From Williopsis jadinii (lineage: Eukaryota), in the NCBI GenBank assembly GCA_024346625.1, contig AP024664.1, forward strand, positions 2,852,001 through 2,916,000: a stretch of 64,000 bases of DNA. Reading direction: 5' to 3'. Made by a program: the position numbers and the translations under genes. Shown piece after piece: positions 24,101 through 34,445 of this stretch (within the stretch, counting starts at the first letter, position 1; each line of letters begins with the position of its first letter). The notes beneath the pieces are model-generated. The model worked only from the letters and a program-made list of their open reading frames with translations, was not told where the DNA came from and made no database searches.

Positions 24101-24708
24101 TACAATTTTCGGGTAAAGATTCCCTTTAAGGCGATTATCTAAAGAAATGAATTCTGTTAATGTGATGATTACAGTTCAACATGGTACATCAGATACACGG
24201 CAATATATGTGCTTAACAGGATACCCTTTGATTTTCAGGATGCTCTCCAGAAAGCTGGAGTGCATGCTGATATCTGGAACTTTCCCAGTGCATATTGCCT
24301 GATCTGTGATATTTTCGAAAGGCGTTTTGTTGTGCCTAAGTTTTTTTTTACAACTTCCATGTTCATAGACAATGGCGACAGATACGATAACTAAAAAGTA
24401 CAAACAAGTTTTACACTGTCTACGTTATAACTTTAGCTAAATACTGTAACGTTTAGTGATTCACGATAGCACTATTATAGGCGGGGAATATTTATGCCGT
24501 CTATTCCCAAGCTCAACCACTGTAGTGTATGTTGGTTATAAGAACAATATTGGCACCTCAGATAGTAGATCACAGACCAGTAACCCGTAACAATATATCC
24601 AGCACAAAATAATAATGTAAAAGAAAAAAAACACATATATGAGAAAGGAGATTGATTGATTGAATACCAATGGATCGTCATCACTTCATACAAAATATGA
24701 CGTCGCTC

Positions 24709-27121
24709 CTAGTTGTGGTCTGTCGTTCTTTGTCGAATATATTCAACCAATTCTTTTTCTGGAAGACATAGTAGACCTTTCACTCCATTAACAAAGCCAC
24801 ACACCTCATCAACGTCCTTCTGGAATGATGTCTTCAAATTGTCAAATATTTTCTCATATTTGTGGGTAAGGTCATTCGTGACCTTCTTGTTGATTTCCTC
24901 ATTGATAAGACGTACCTTGGACACAAGATCTTCTGAAAATATATTTACGGACTTGTAGATCTCATTCTGAAGAGTGATAGTATAGGTATCAGATAACAGC
25001 CCCTTTGTATACTCCAAATCGCCTAGACATGAATTATTATTTAGCTGACCAGCCTGATTGTCAATGGCCCTCAAATCAATTGCGCCCCCGCACTGTGCCA
25101 CATTTCCGTCAGTGATGGCCCTATCCTCACCTGGGGTTTCAACGAGGTTCTCCACATTCGTGCTTTCTGCATCAGGCAGAAAAGTCAAACCTGTAACGTT
25201 TTTAGACCTCAGCTGTCTTGTGTCGGTACCAGAAGCTGTATATTTATGCTCAATTGGTTTGAGTGTCATTTTAGCCTTACCAATGTTGGAGATTTTCTCA
25301 ATAGATTTAGGTCTAGACCTTCTGACTGGGCTCTCGCCTTGTGTTGACTTGTAACTATCACCATCAAAAGTAGTAAGATTTCTGTCTGCAGCAGGTCCAC
25401 CTGATTTAACAACAGAAGGCTTTTCAACTTTAGCTTTTGAAAGGGCCCTACTGTTGACACGATGACGCAGTGACATGATCGGAGAAGTCATTTGAGAATA
25501 AAACTCGAATCCTTGCGAATCAGGAATAACAATATCTGGATTGGTCTTTCCGGAGGTGCTAGCATCTTCAAGCTTCCGCTGAATATTAGACTTCTTGATT
25601 TTCTTGCAATTTTCAATTTCAAACTTTATGGTATGGGCTTTGGTGTAGTGTTTGTCGGTTTTAGCTGATGCGGTCGATCCCAAGTCAGAGCTAAAGTCCC
25701 AAATATCTTTCAAAGTCAGCACAGTCGGTTTGGAAACATGTTTTGTTTGTGCTGTTGATTCCTCTGAGGTGCTCAGCTTACCACCTACTTTAGAGTCAGA
25801 TGGAATAACAGGTATAAGTTGACCGCGTTTTGAGCAATTGGTGGTATCCTTTGTTGTGCTAGCATGTTTCGATTCAAATAAGGAATCTGTTTGTTCAATT
25901 TCGGACGGCTCATTATTCAATCCAGATGCTGGCCACACCTTTGCACCTGGTGCTACCTCCACCGGACAGTCTTCAATGACAGTATCGGCATCTGACAGTT
26001 CTTGATCATTGTCTTTCGTAGTTACAACCTTTATAAAGTTCTCAGAAACACTGATTTTTCTCCGACAGGGCAATAGTGATGTGACTATACAATTGCTCAA
26101 ATCTTGGTAAAGTTGAACAGCGTCACGGCTTGACTCCAAAGTAATTTTAACTTTAGATCCAGAAGATATATCAAAGTTTATCAATGACTTTGTTGACGGT
26201 GTATCAACCTCAAACTGAACACTTGAGCCGTACAATTGAACATTGATGATATCATGCCGGGGGATCTCGATGGGAGCAGAGACACCATCATGATCAACAA
26301 AGATTACAAACCAAAGTTTGTGGACTTGACATGAACTGCTTGAAGATTGAGACGAGGAATCAATTTCCAAGCACGAAAACTTGTGAATTGAGGGATCCGT
26401 ACAAAAACGGTCCAAAAATTCTTTACATCTTTCATCGTTAGCATACGCGCCGAAAGGGAAAGAGTGTCCTGGGAAAAGAGCCTTGGAAACAACCTGAGAT
26501 GATAACTGTGATACCAATTCAACCAAGTAACAGCATGTGGTATAATCGGTCACAGGATTAAACATCTTTGTGATTTCGCCAACGTTATACATGATTGAGT
26601 TCACCAATAACTGCTTAACACTGGAGTAATCCAGAAGAAAGACACATAACAAGCACATGGCTTTCCAACTGTTTTCGTTCTTCAAAAGAACCTGATTGAG
26701 GAGCAGTTCGACCAAATGTGGTGTGTTGAAAGTGAGTCCGAAATCTGTACAGTCGATAAGGGCAAACCAGAAGGCATCATCGTCCTCCTGGGCAAAGTTT
26801 ACACCGATTTTAACCACCAACTCAAGAAGCTTGGGATGGACTTTAGGGCCAATATTGGCTACAATCACATGGAAAAGATCCATAAACTCTTGGTCCACTT
26901 CGCTATCTTCATCATTAACAAAGTCAATAAGCTTGTTTCTTCTATCTGCTGGCAAACTGTGAACAGCAGGTTGTTAGCCGCCAAAGCTTGCAGTAATCAC
27001 CAAAGAGAACAGGTATCGATCTTTACCACCTCAAAAACCCGGCGCTTAGATTACTTTCCTCCACATATTTGACGATACAAGCCAAAGACTCCTTATGGAA
27101 CATCAAGGTATCATCCGCCAT
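24709..27121 (-). CDS. RED1: Meiotic chromosome axis protein Red1; exons 27121-27027 and 26956-24709 (about 780 aa)
   Basis: C-terminal coiled coil LQNEIYKSVNIFSEDLVSKVRLINEEINKKV...LPEKELVEYIR resembles Red1. The 748-aa ORF lacks an ATG start; a 70-nt intron (GTAAAG...GGCTAAC...CAG) joins it in frame to MADDTLMFHK. Near RPS28 and NEJ1 as in S. cerevisiae. Confidence 0.82.
26975..26983. promoter_or_regulatory. URS1 (Ume6-binding) core inside the RED1 intron
   Basis: TAGCCGCCA on the plus strand (TGGCGGCTA on the minus strand), in an early-meiotic gene. Confidence 0.7.
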
Positions 27122-27349
27122 GGCACTACTAAAATTTGCGTACTTTTGATGAAGATGAAGAAGATGTTGTTGTTTACAAAATAATGGATTCTTTACATTT
27201 TAGATCTACCCGTCAAGTCTGCCATTTCGCGCTCATTGCCAAACTCACACTCATTTTTTGTCCTCATTTTTTTTCCCTTTGGCGTGAACATTTTGTTCCT
27301 TCTTCGATTTTATCAATTCTGAGAGACTGTCATCGATTCTCAAAGGACA

Positions 27350-29764
27350 ATGTCTTCTATCGAAGCGCTTACCGCCAAACTTAACCAGCTTGGTCTCGAG
27401 GAGGTCAAAGTGAAAGAGATCTTGAAAAACAAGAAGGTTTCTACAGCTTTTGAAGCGATTCTCACCGAGGCTACAGTGCCATTGGAGTACCCATTGGAGA
27501 AGCAGAAGAGACTGTTGCTACACCAAACCGCAATTTTGAGTAAAGGTGATGATATCCCAAAGCGTAGCTTGGTTGTTGATGGTATCTTGAAGGGAGACTT
27601 GAAGACTGCAACACAAGTTGATGAAGCATTCAAGTATGTCAAGTCCAAAGCAGATGACTCAAACGTTCAAGAGATGAACGACGTATCAGGTGTCGGTGTT
27701 GTTGTCACAGACGAAGATGTGAAGAAGGAGGTTCTCAACTATATTGAGGAAAATAAGAATGAAATCATTACCAAGAGATACCAATCATTCCCAAAGGTGA
27801 TGGCTGAGATCAGAACAATTCCAGCACTCAAGTGGGCAAATGCCACTTCTTTCAAACCAATCATCGACGCTGAGCTTTTGGCTCTCTTGGGACCAAAGGA
27901 TGAGCGTGATGTTGTGAAGAAGGAAAAAAAGGCTAAAAAACCAGCTGGAGATGCAAAGGGTTCGAAGAAGGAGGAGCCTGTTAAGACTCGTTCAATGTTT
28001 GCCGAGGGCTTCCTCGGTGAGTTGCACAAAGTTGGTGAAAACCCGCAAGCTTATCCAGAACTCATGGTGGAACATTTGAAGGCTACTAAGGGCCAAGTTC
28101 ATACCCGTTTCCCACCAGAGCCAAATGGATTCTTGCACATTGGTCACTCAAAGGCCATTATGGTTAACTTTGGGTTTGCCAAATATCACAACGGTGTCTG
28201 TTACCTCAGATATGATGATACCAATCCAGAAGCCGAGGAGGATATCTACTTTAAGAGTATCTTGAAAATGGTTAAATGGTTAGGGTTCACACCGTGGAAG
28301 ATCACATACTCTTCTGATTACTTTGACAAGTTGTACGAGTTGGCTGAGGATTTGATCAACCGCGATCATGGTTATGTTTGTAAGTGCACATCAGAACAAA
28401 TCAGAGCTGGAAGAGGTATCAAAGAGGACGGTACACCAGGTGGTGAAAGAGTTGCATGTGTTCACCGTTCTCAATCAATTGAAGAAAACTTGAAAGAGTT
28501 TAGAAAGATGCGTGATGGTGCTTATAAGCCTGGTGAGGCCATCCTTAGAATGAAGATGGACTTGTCATCTCCAAACCCACAGTTCTGGGACTTGATTGCA
28601 TATCGTGTCTTGGATGCCCCACATCCAAGAACTGGTGACAAATGGAAGATCTATCCAACTTATGATTTCACTCACTGTTTGGTTGATTCCTTTGAGAACA
28701 TCACACACTCTCTTTGCACCACCGAGTTCTACCTTTCCAGAGCCTCTTATGAATGGTTATGTGATGCCTTGCATGTCTACAGACCAGCACAGAGAGAGTA
28801 TGGCCGTTTGAACATCACTGGTACTATAATGTCCAAGAGAAAAATTGCCAAACTTGTTAACGACAAGTATGTTCGTGGCTGGGATGATCCAAGACTTTTT
28901 ACATTGGAAGGTATCAAGAGAAGAGGTGTCCCACCAGGTGCTATCTTGAACTTTGTTAATACTTTAGGTGTCACCACCTCAACGACAAACATCCAGGTTG
29001 TCAGATACGAGAGTTCTGTGAGAAAGTATCTGGAGGATACCGTTCCAAGATTGATGTTGATCCTGGATCCTGTAGAAGTTGAGATTGATAATGTTGATGA
29101 AGACTTTGAGGAGTTGCTCGATATTCCTTACAAGCCAGGTAACGACAAATTTGGATCGAGAAAGGTTCCATTTGTCAAGAGAATATTCATTGACAGATCA
29201 GATTTCACAGAAGATGACTCTGATTCATCATTTTTCAGATTGAAACCAACCCAACCTGTTGGTTTATTGAAGGTTCCATTCAACATCAGCTTCAAGTCTG
29301 TTGAAAAGGATGCATCTGGCAACGTCACCAAAATCCACGTTAACTATGACAAGGATATCACCAAGAAGCCAAAGACTTACATCCAATGGGTTCCAAAGTC
29401 CGAGAAGCACAACTCACCAATCAAGGTTTCAGAGACAAGAATTTACAACCAGTTATTCAATTCTGAAAACCCATCAGCTCACCCTGACGGATTCCTTGCT
29501 GACATCAACGCAAACTCTGAAGAGATCTACAAGAACTCTGTTGTTGAGCCAGCTTTAAATGAAGTCATAAAGAGATCTCCATGGGACGTTGAGGATGCTT
29601 CAGCTAAGGAGTTTAACATTGTGGAAGACAAGGACGTTTCTGGCCCTGAAATTGTCAGATTCCAAGCCCTTAGAGTTGGTTACTTCGCACTCGACAAGGA
29701 TACTACTGATGATAAAGTTGTTCTCAATAGAATTGTCTCCTTGAAGGAATCAACTTCTAAATAG
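27350..29764 (+). CDS. GLN4: Glutaminyl-tRNA synthetase
   Basis: TRFPPEPNGFLHIGH, MSKRK, eukaryotic N-terminal appended domain and RFQALRVGYF. Confidence 0.98.
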   Translation: MSSIEALTAKLNQLGLEEVKVKEILKNKKVSTAFEAILTEATVPLEYPLEKQKRLLLHQTAILSKGDDIPKRSLVVDGILKGDLKTATQVDEAFKYVKSKADDSNVQEMNDVSGVGVVVTDEDVKKEVLNYIEENKNEIITKRYQSFPKVMAEIRTIPALKWANATSFKPIIDAELLALLGPKDERDVVKKEKKAKKPAGDAKGSKKEEPVKTRSMFAEGFLGELHKVGENPQAYPELMVEHLKATKGQVHTRFPPEPNGFLHIGHSKAIMVNFGFAKYHNGVCYLRYDDTNPEAEEDIYFKSILKMVKWLGFTPWKITYSSDYFDKLYELAEDLINRDHGYVCKCTSEQIRAGRGIKEDGTPGGERVACVHRSQSIEENLKEFRKMRDGAYKPGEAILRMKMDLSSPNPQFWDLIAYRVLDAPHPRTGDKWKIYPTYDFTHCLVDSFENITHSLCTTEFYLSRASYEWLCDALHVYRPAQREYGRLNITGTIMSKRKIAKLVNDKYVRGWDDPRLFTLEGIKRRGVPPGAILNFVNTLGVTTSTTNIQVVRYESSVRKYLEDTVPRLMLILDPVEVEIDNVDEDFEELLDIPYKPGNDKFGSRKVPFVKRIFIDRSDFTEDDSDSSFFRLKPTQPVGLLKVPFNISFKSVEKDASGNVTKIHVNYDKDITKKPKTYIQWVPKSEKHNSPIKVSETRIYNQLFNSENPSAHPDGFLADINANSEEIYKNSVVEPALNEVIKRSPWDVEDASAKEFNIVEDKDVSGPEIVRFQALRVGYFALDKDTTDDKVVLNRIVSLKESTSK

Positions 29765-30002
29765 ATGGTGCCTGTATAATTGAAACAATGCCACACACCC
29801 CAACATCTATACACACACACGCACAAAAGTCGTAGAGCCACACTCAATTGGTGTCCGGGTGTGAGTAGAAACAAAATGGTTTGGGCAGCATCACGATTTT
29901 CGCTCTGCGCGTGCTGGGGCGGATTTTTCATCTTTTTCTTTCTTCACACAAGAGGACTCGTCCAGTTGAAAGGAAACACCACGTCAAAGCAAATACATCA
30001 AG

Positions 30003-30587
30003 ATGGTAAGTTTATGCGTTTGGAAGAGATGAAAAGAGACAAATGAGGTACCTGTGATATGTAGTGGGTGCTTCATGTTTGGTATCTGCAATAAAAACCC
30101 TGAGAATGTTGATCACGGATTGAAGATTCATCAAGGAAACCGAAGAGTCCATTGAAGATGGTGTCGAATAACTTTGTCACTAACTGGAGTATATTTACTC
30201 CACCAAGGTTATCTCGTATGGCTTTTATCGACCATATGATACGTTATCGATTTGTCGTTGTCACTTTTAGTCTCTTCTAACCCGAGTTGAATAAAACGAA
30301 CTCCTGCTAACAAAACATCTACAGGACACTAAGACCCCAGTTACCCTTGCTAGAGTTAAGAAGGTTCTCGGTAGAACCGGTTCCCGTGGTGGTGTCACCC
30401 AAGTCAGAGTTGAGTTCTTGGACGACTCCTCTAGAACTATTGTCAGAAACGTTAAGGTATGTCTACATAACCATTTCCCCCATTTAAAACGGTCAGATCA
30501 ACTAACAACTTCATATAGGGTCCAGTCAGAGAGAACGACATCTTGTCTTTGATGGAGTCTGAGCGTGAGGCTAGAAGATTGCGTTAA
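30003..30587 (+). CDS. RPS28: 40S ribosomal protein eS28; exons 30003-30005, 30325-30456, 30519-30587
   Basis: Introns GTAAGT...TGCTAAC...CAG and GTATGT...AACTAAC...TAG. Product is [32 protein letters not shown]...[26 protein letters not shown] (67 aa). Confidence 0.96.
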
Positions 30588-30972
30588 GACCGCTTTACAG
30601 CTATACTGGAAGTCATTTCTGCTACAAACATGGTATTATAATGGAATTGATTGAATGTACATTTGTTTAATTATTTGAGCACCCTTAAACTGAGATCCTG
30701 CTACTAGCAAACACACGACACACACAACACCATAATCTATGGCCATCTTGTGCTAACCCATTGTTGTTGTTCTGTTGTTATTTGTGCGTGTGAGTCTCTT
30801 CTGTAGAATTTTTCGCAGTCACAAAATTCCGAAATAGGTAATATTACGCAAACATCCGAACATCTAGTGCATTGTCGCTTGAGCGTGCCGAGTTTGAACT
30901 TTTCACCATAATATTTCACTACACATCCACCAAGTAACCAAAGGAGGAGTTGATCAAACCAAGCTAGGAAAA

Positions 30973-31353
30973 ATGGCCCAAAGAGTTACTTACAGAAGAA
31001 GAAACCCATACAACTCTCGCTCTAACAAGATCAAAGTTGTTAAGACCCCAGGTGGTGTCTTGCGTGCTCAACACGTCAAGAAGACCGGTACCAGACCAAA
31101 ATGTGGTGACTGTGGTGTCGCTTTGCCAGGTATCTCCTCTTTGAGACCAAGAGAGTATGCTCAAGTCTCCAAGACCCACAAGACTGTCTCCCGTGCTTAC
31201 GGTGGTTCCAGATGTGCCAACTGTGTCAAGGAGAGAATCGTTAGAGCTTTCTTGATCGAGGAACAAAAGATTGTGAAGAGAGTGTTGAAGGAACAAGCTG
31301 AGAAGGAGAAGGCTGCTGAGAAGAAGGCTGCTAAGAAGACTGCTAAGAAGTAA
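30973..31353 (+). CDS. RPL34: 60S ribosomal protein eL34
   Basis: [21 protein letters not shown] and [28 protein letters not shown]. Confidence 0.98.
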   Translation: MAQRVTYRRRNPYNSRSNKIKVVKTPGGVLRAQHVKKTGTRPKCGDCGVALPGISSLRPREYAQVSKTHKTVSRAYGGSRCANCVKERIVRAFLIEEQKIVKRVLKEQAEKEKAAEKKAAKKTAKK

Positions 31354-31663
31354 ATTCATCATCAGAAAGAGTTCAAAGATTAGGAGGAATTTTATTGGTG
31401 TCATGTTTTCGCAGTTTTTTGTTGTATTTTGTTAGTTTTGTTTTTAACATCTAGAGTGAGCACTGTTCTTTACAGAACTTGATCTCCTCTATTCATCTCT
31501 GTTCATAATTGGGTTAATGGGGTTTAATTTCACGTTACGATCATGTTTTAATATCACAAACTTGTGTAGTATTGAGTGTTGACACCATGTACACCAAGTA
31601 AATGCCGAAATTTGCATTTCTCAATTTTTCCCCTAGATGATTGTTATTATATCTCAAAAGGAC

Positions 31664-33016
31664 ATGAGCGGACTCCCGTCTAAGTACTCAGACGCTGGTT
31701 TGAGTAAACAGGATCAGCAGCGTATCCTAACGGTGGGCTCACCTCGCCAAAACCGACCAATTGGTGCTATAAAGATAGAAGAAAGAGTGAGTGATGCACT
31801 TGTCCATCTCACTGAACACAGCGATAGCTTGAATAGAGATGATGTGCATTATGCGCATGATCCTGATGGAGATATACCCATGATTGGCATGGACGACGAG
31901 CAAGAGGTACAAATTGTATCTGACTTTGTCGCTGAGAGGAGAAATGAGGCAGGATTTGTATCGTTATCTTCGAAGCCGATCCCAGAGCTCGATGATAATC
32001 CTGAGGTCTTGCAGAGCAGAGACATTATGATGGTGATAGATACAAACTTCATCATATCTCATTTGGATATCGTGGACGATTTATCAAAGCTCTATAAAAA
32101 GTATCACCATAGGATTGTTATTCCAGTGACTGTTATTCAGGAACTTGATGGCCTCAAGCTTTCACACAAGAGACCGAAGGATGTTATCAGTGACATTACA
32201 GTGGGTCACCTTGCACGTTGGGCCAATGATTGGATCTATAGAATGCTTGCTGCTAGAGACAGCTCTGTAAGGGCCCAGAAGCTTCGTGAGTCAATTGATA
32301 AAGAATCAACCAAAGATGACGCCATCTTGGATTGCTGTTTGTACTTCAAAGAGAGAACAGGATCAATGGTGGTTCTACTGTCCAATGACAAAAACCTCTG
32401 TATGAAGGCACTGGCGAATGAAATCCTCACAGTGTCTTATACAAAGGGTATGACTGCAAAGCTCATTGCTGAAAAATCATTTCAAGAGAATATGGAGTAC
32501 GAGGCAGCACATCCTCATTCTTCCAATGTACCTGTCTTAGAAAACGGGGGTGAAGATATCGACATGAGTGACAAAGAAGAGTCACAAACGACGAAGTCAA
32601 TAGACAGAGAAGCAACTATTCCCTTTGGCGATGCATCTGATCTTGTATTATCAGAGATTCAGAAAGTTGTTCTTGAGGCATTGGATGCAGTCATGTACGC
32701 GGAGTACGAAGACGATGTTGAGCTCATCGGGTACGACAAGGGGAAAGTGTTAACACTTGGTGATGCTCTGAAGGTCATTAGCCAATATTGGATCTCGGTG
32801 TTTACAGAATACTTCAAAAAGAGCTCGTTTAAGCCATCCAAGGGTAATGATAACAGATATAAGTATAAACCGCTAACTAAAGAAGAACTTGAAGATTTCA
32901 TTCGTTACTGGAGTGGAATACTTACAGCTCTTTACGTTAAAAGGGATGAAGTGCAAAACAGTGCATTGGATAAGATAATTGAACGTTGGGAGTGTATAGC
33001 ATCTACAGCACGTTGA
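31664..33016 (+). CDS. SWT1: PIN-domain RNA endonuclease Swt1
   Basis: VIDTNFIISHL, VIQELDGLK, DDAILDCCLY and LLSNDKNL. Start is 31664 or 31637. Syntenic with RPS28 and SEY1. Confidence 0.9.
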   Translation: MSGLPSKYSDAGLSKQDQQRILTVGSPRQNRPIGAIKIEERVSDALVHLTEHSDSLNRDDVHYAHDPDGDIPMIGMDDEQEVQIVSDFVAERRNEAGFVSLSSKPIPELDDNPEVLQSRDIMMVIDTNFIISHLDIVDDLSKLYKKYHHRIVIPVTVIQELDGLKLSHKRPKDVISDITVGHLARWANDWIYRMLAARDSSVRAQKLRESIDKESTKDDAILDCCLYFKERTGSMVVLLSNDKNLCMKALANEILTVSYTKGMTAKLIAEKSFQENMEYEAAHPHSSNVPVLENGGEDIDMSDKEESQTTKSIDREATIPFGDASDLVLSEIQKVVLEALDAVMYAEYEDDVELIGYDKGKVLTLGDALKVISQYWISVFTEYFKKSSFKPSKGNDNRYKYKPLTKEELEDFIRYWSGILTALYVKRDEVQNSALDKIIERWECIASTAR

Positions 33017-33045
33017 TGGTGTCTGTTCTGGTAAGGGTATTTTGG

Positions 33046-34134
33046 TTATTCATCTGTAGTGTGGAAACGTTTGGCAGCCTTGATTGGCGAAAATGTCTTT
33101 TGGTGTATGGTTCTCTTTCTAGGACTACCAAATGTCTGACGTTGTCTCATAGGTTGTATCGTCGCATCAGATGGCAAAGCTGACCCTTCTCTTTCTGATT
33201 CTTCACTTGTGCTTCCCTTCGTTGGTGATGCATGTAGCTGTGCTGTAGGCGTTGGTGTATCTGTGCTGTTGATGGTATGGTCTTTCATATGCTCAGAAAG
33301 AGATTCAGCATCATCTAATCTCTGTCTCTTTGGAACAGCATGAGTAGGCGATGCGTCTGTATCGTTGTTGCTTGGGCGTTTTGTCCCCATACTGTCCTTC
33401 TTGGTGTAGCTGAACGTTGTGCCATATGACCAGGTATTGTCAGTGTAATTTGACCCTAGAATGTCCCAGATATACTCATTTTGAAATCGAACAAGCTTCT
33501 TCTTCTTCCAAAGCGATTCAAACTCCTTTGAGTCGAACCTGGTGATGTGTCTTCTGTTGGAGGAGCGCTCTGGGGCCCATTTCTCTATCAGATCGGGCTG
33601 ATTCATCCCACTAATCACTTCCAGAAGGTACCTGATGGCGTTATCCTTTTGCCGTATTATCTTCACAAGATCACCTCTGTACTCGTTCATAGTATGGATG
33701 ATGGTGGATTGGTAAAAGAACAGGTTTTTCATGATTGTGATGGCAGTTGAATCTCTGAGTATCATCAGATCAAAGCTCCACAGGAACTCAACATTGTCAA
33801 CGTGCTTTGCCAGGTTCACCTTCAATTCCAGTGGAACTCCTCCATCCACTTTGAGCTTATCAATTGACAAAGAAGTTTCAGTATCTGATCCGTCAAAGTT
33901 GTTTTCGAACGTTATCAGTAATTGCTTGTAGACGTTGTCTAGAGACTCAGCATCGTACCCAAACTGCGACGCCTTAAAGCCCAATAGAGCAGCATCAACA
34001 TCACCTATCCACACATAACTGAAGTCAGTGAGATACACACAGTACTCAACCGTATCCAAAGAGTAGTGAACTCCAAGAAAGTACTGCTTTCTGTCTAATT
34101 CAACAACAGTCCATTTACGAGGTAAAGTCACCAT
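33046..34134 (-). CDS. NEJ1: NHEJ factor Nej1/XLF
   Basis: XLF-like head domain (YCVYLTDFSYVW, FLWSFDL), coiled coil IIRQKDNAIRYL, and a disordered tail with TFGSPRKR. Synteny with RPS28 and RED1. Confidence 0.75.
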   Translation of the reverse strand: MVTLPRKWTVVELDRKQYFLGVHYSLDTVEYCVYLTDFSYVWIGDVDAALLGFKASQFGYDAESLDNVYKQLLITFENNFDGSDTETSLSIDKLKVDGGVPLELKVNLAKHVDNVEFLWSFDLMILRDSTAITIMKNLFFYQSTIIHTMNEYRGDLVKIIRQKDNAIRYLLEVISGMNQPDLIEKWAPERSSNRRHITRFDSKEFESLWKKKKLVRFQNEYIWDILGSNYTDNTWSYGTTFSYTKKDSMGTKRPSNNDTDASPTHAVPKRQRLDDAESLSEHMKDHTINSTDTPTPTAQLHASPTKGSTSEESEREGSALPSDATIQPMRQRQTFGSPRKRTIHQKTFSPIKAAKRFHTTDE

Positions 34135-34445
34135 CTTGATCAGTGGCACCAGCCTTCCTACAGAGTGCAGTTTTAGTAGGGGGGGTCAAACAACGGATCA
34201 AGAAGTAAGCAGTGGATCAAGACGTGGAGGGCAGTTTGACAGCAACCTACCAGCAAGGATTCGAGATGGCTGGTGGGTGCTAAGCGTCAGTGTCTACCAT
34301 TCGATGGCTGGCTCTCTATGCTGTTTCTGGAAGATTTCCACTTTCGGGGAGATTCATATACTTCTACGCGATAACTCAAGCACATTATAATCAATGTTCA
34401 ATGGTGTGTTTTATGGAAAAGACAGCTATATACATACGACATGGT

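Noticed and set aside
34158..34437. Possible NEJ1 leader intron (GTATGT...TACTAAA...TAG)
   Set aside because: The donor lies in the SEY1 terminator region (TATGTATATA) and the branch point is imperfect.
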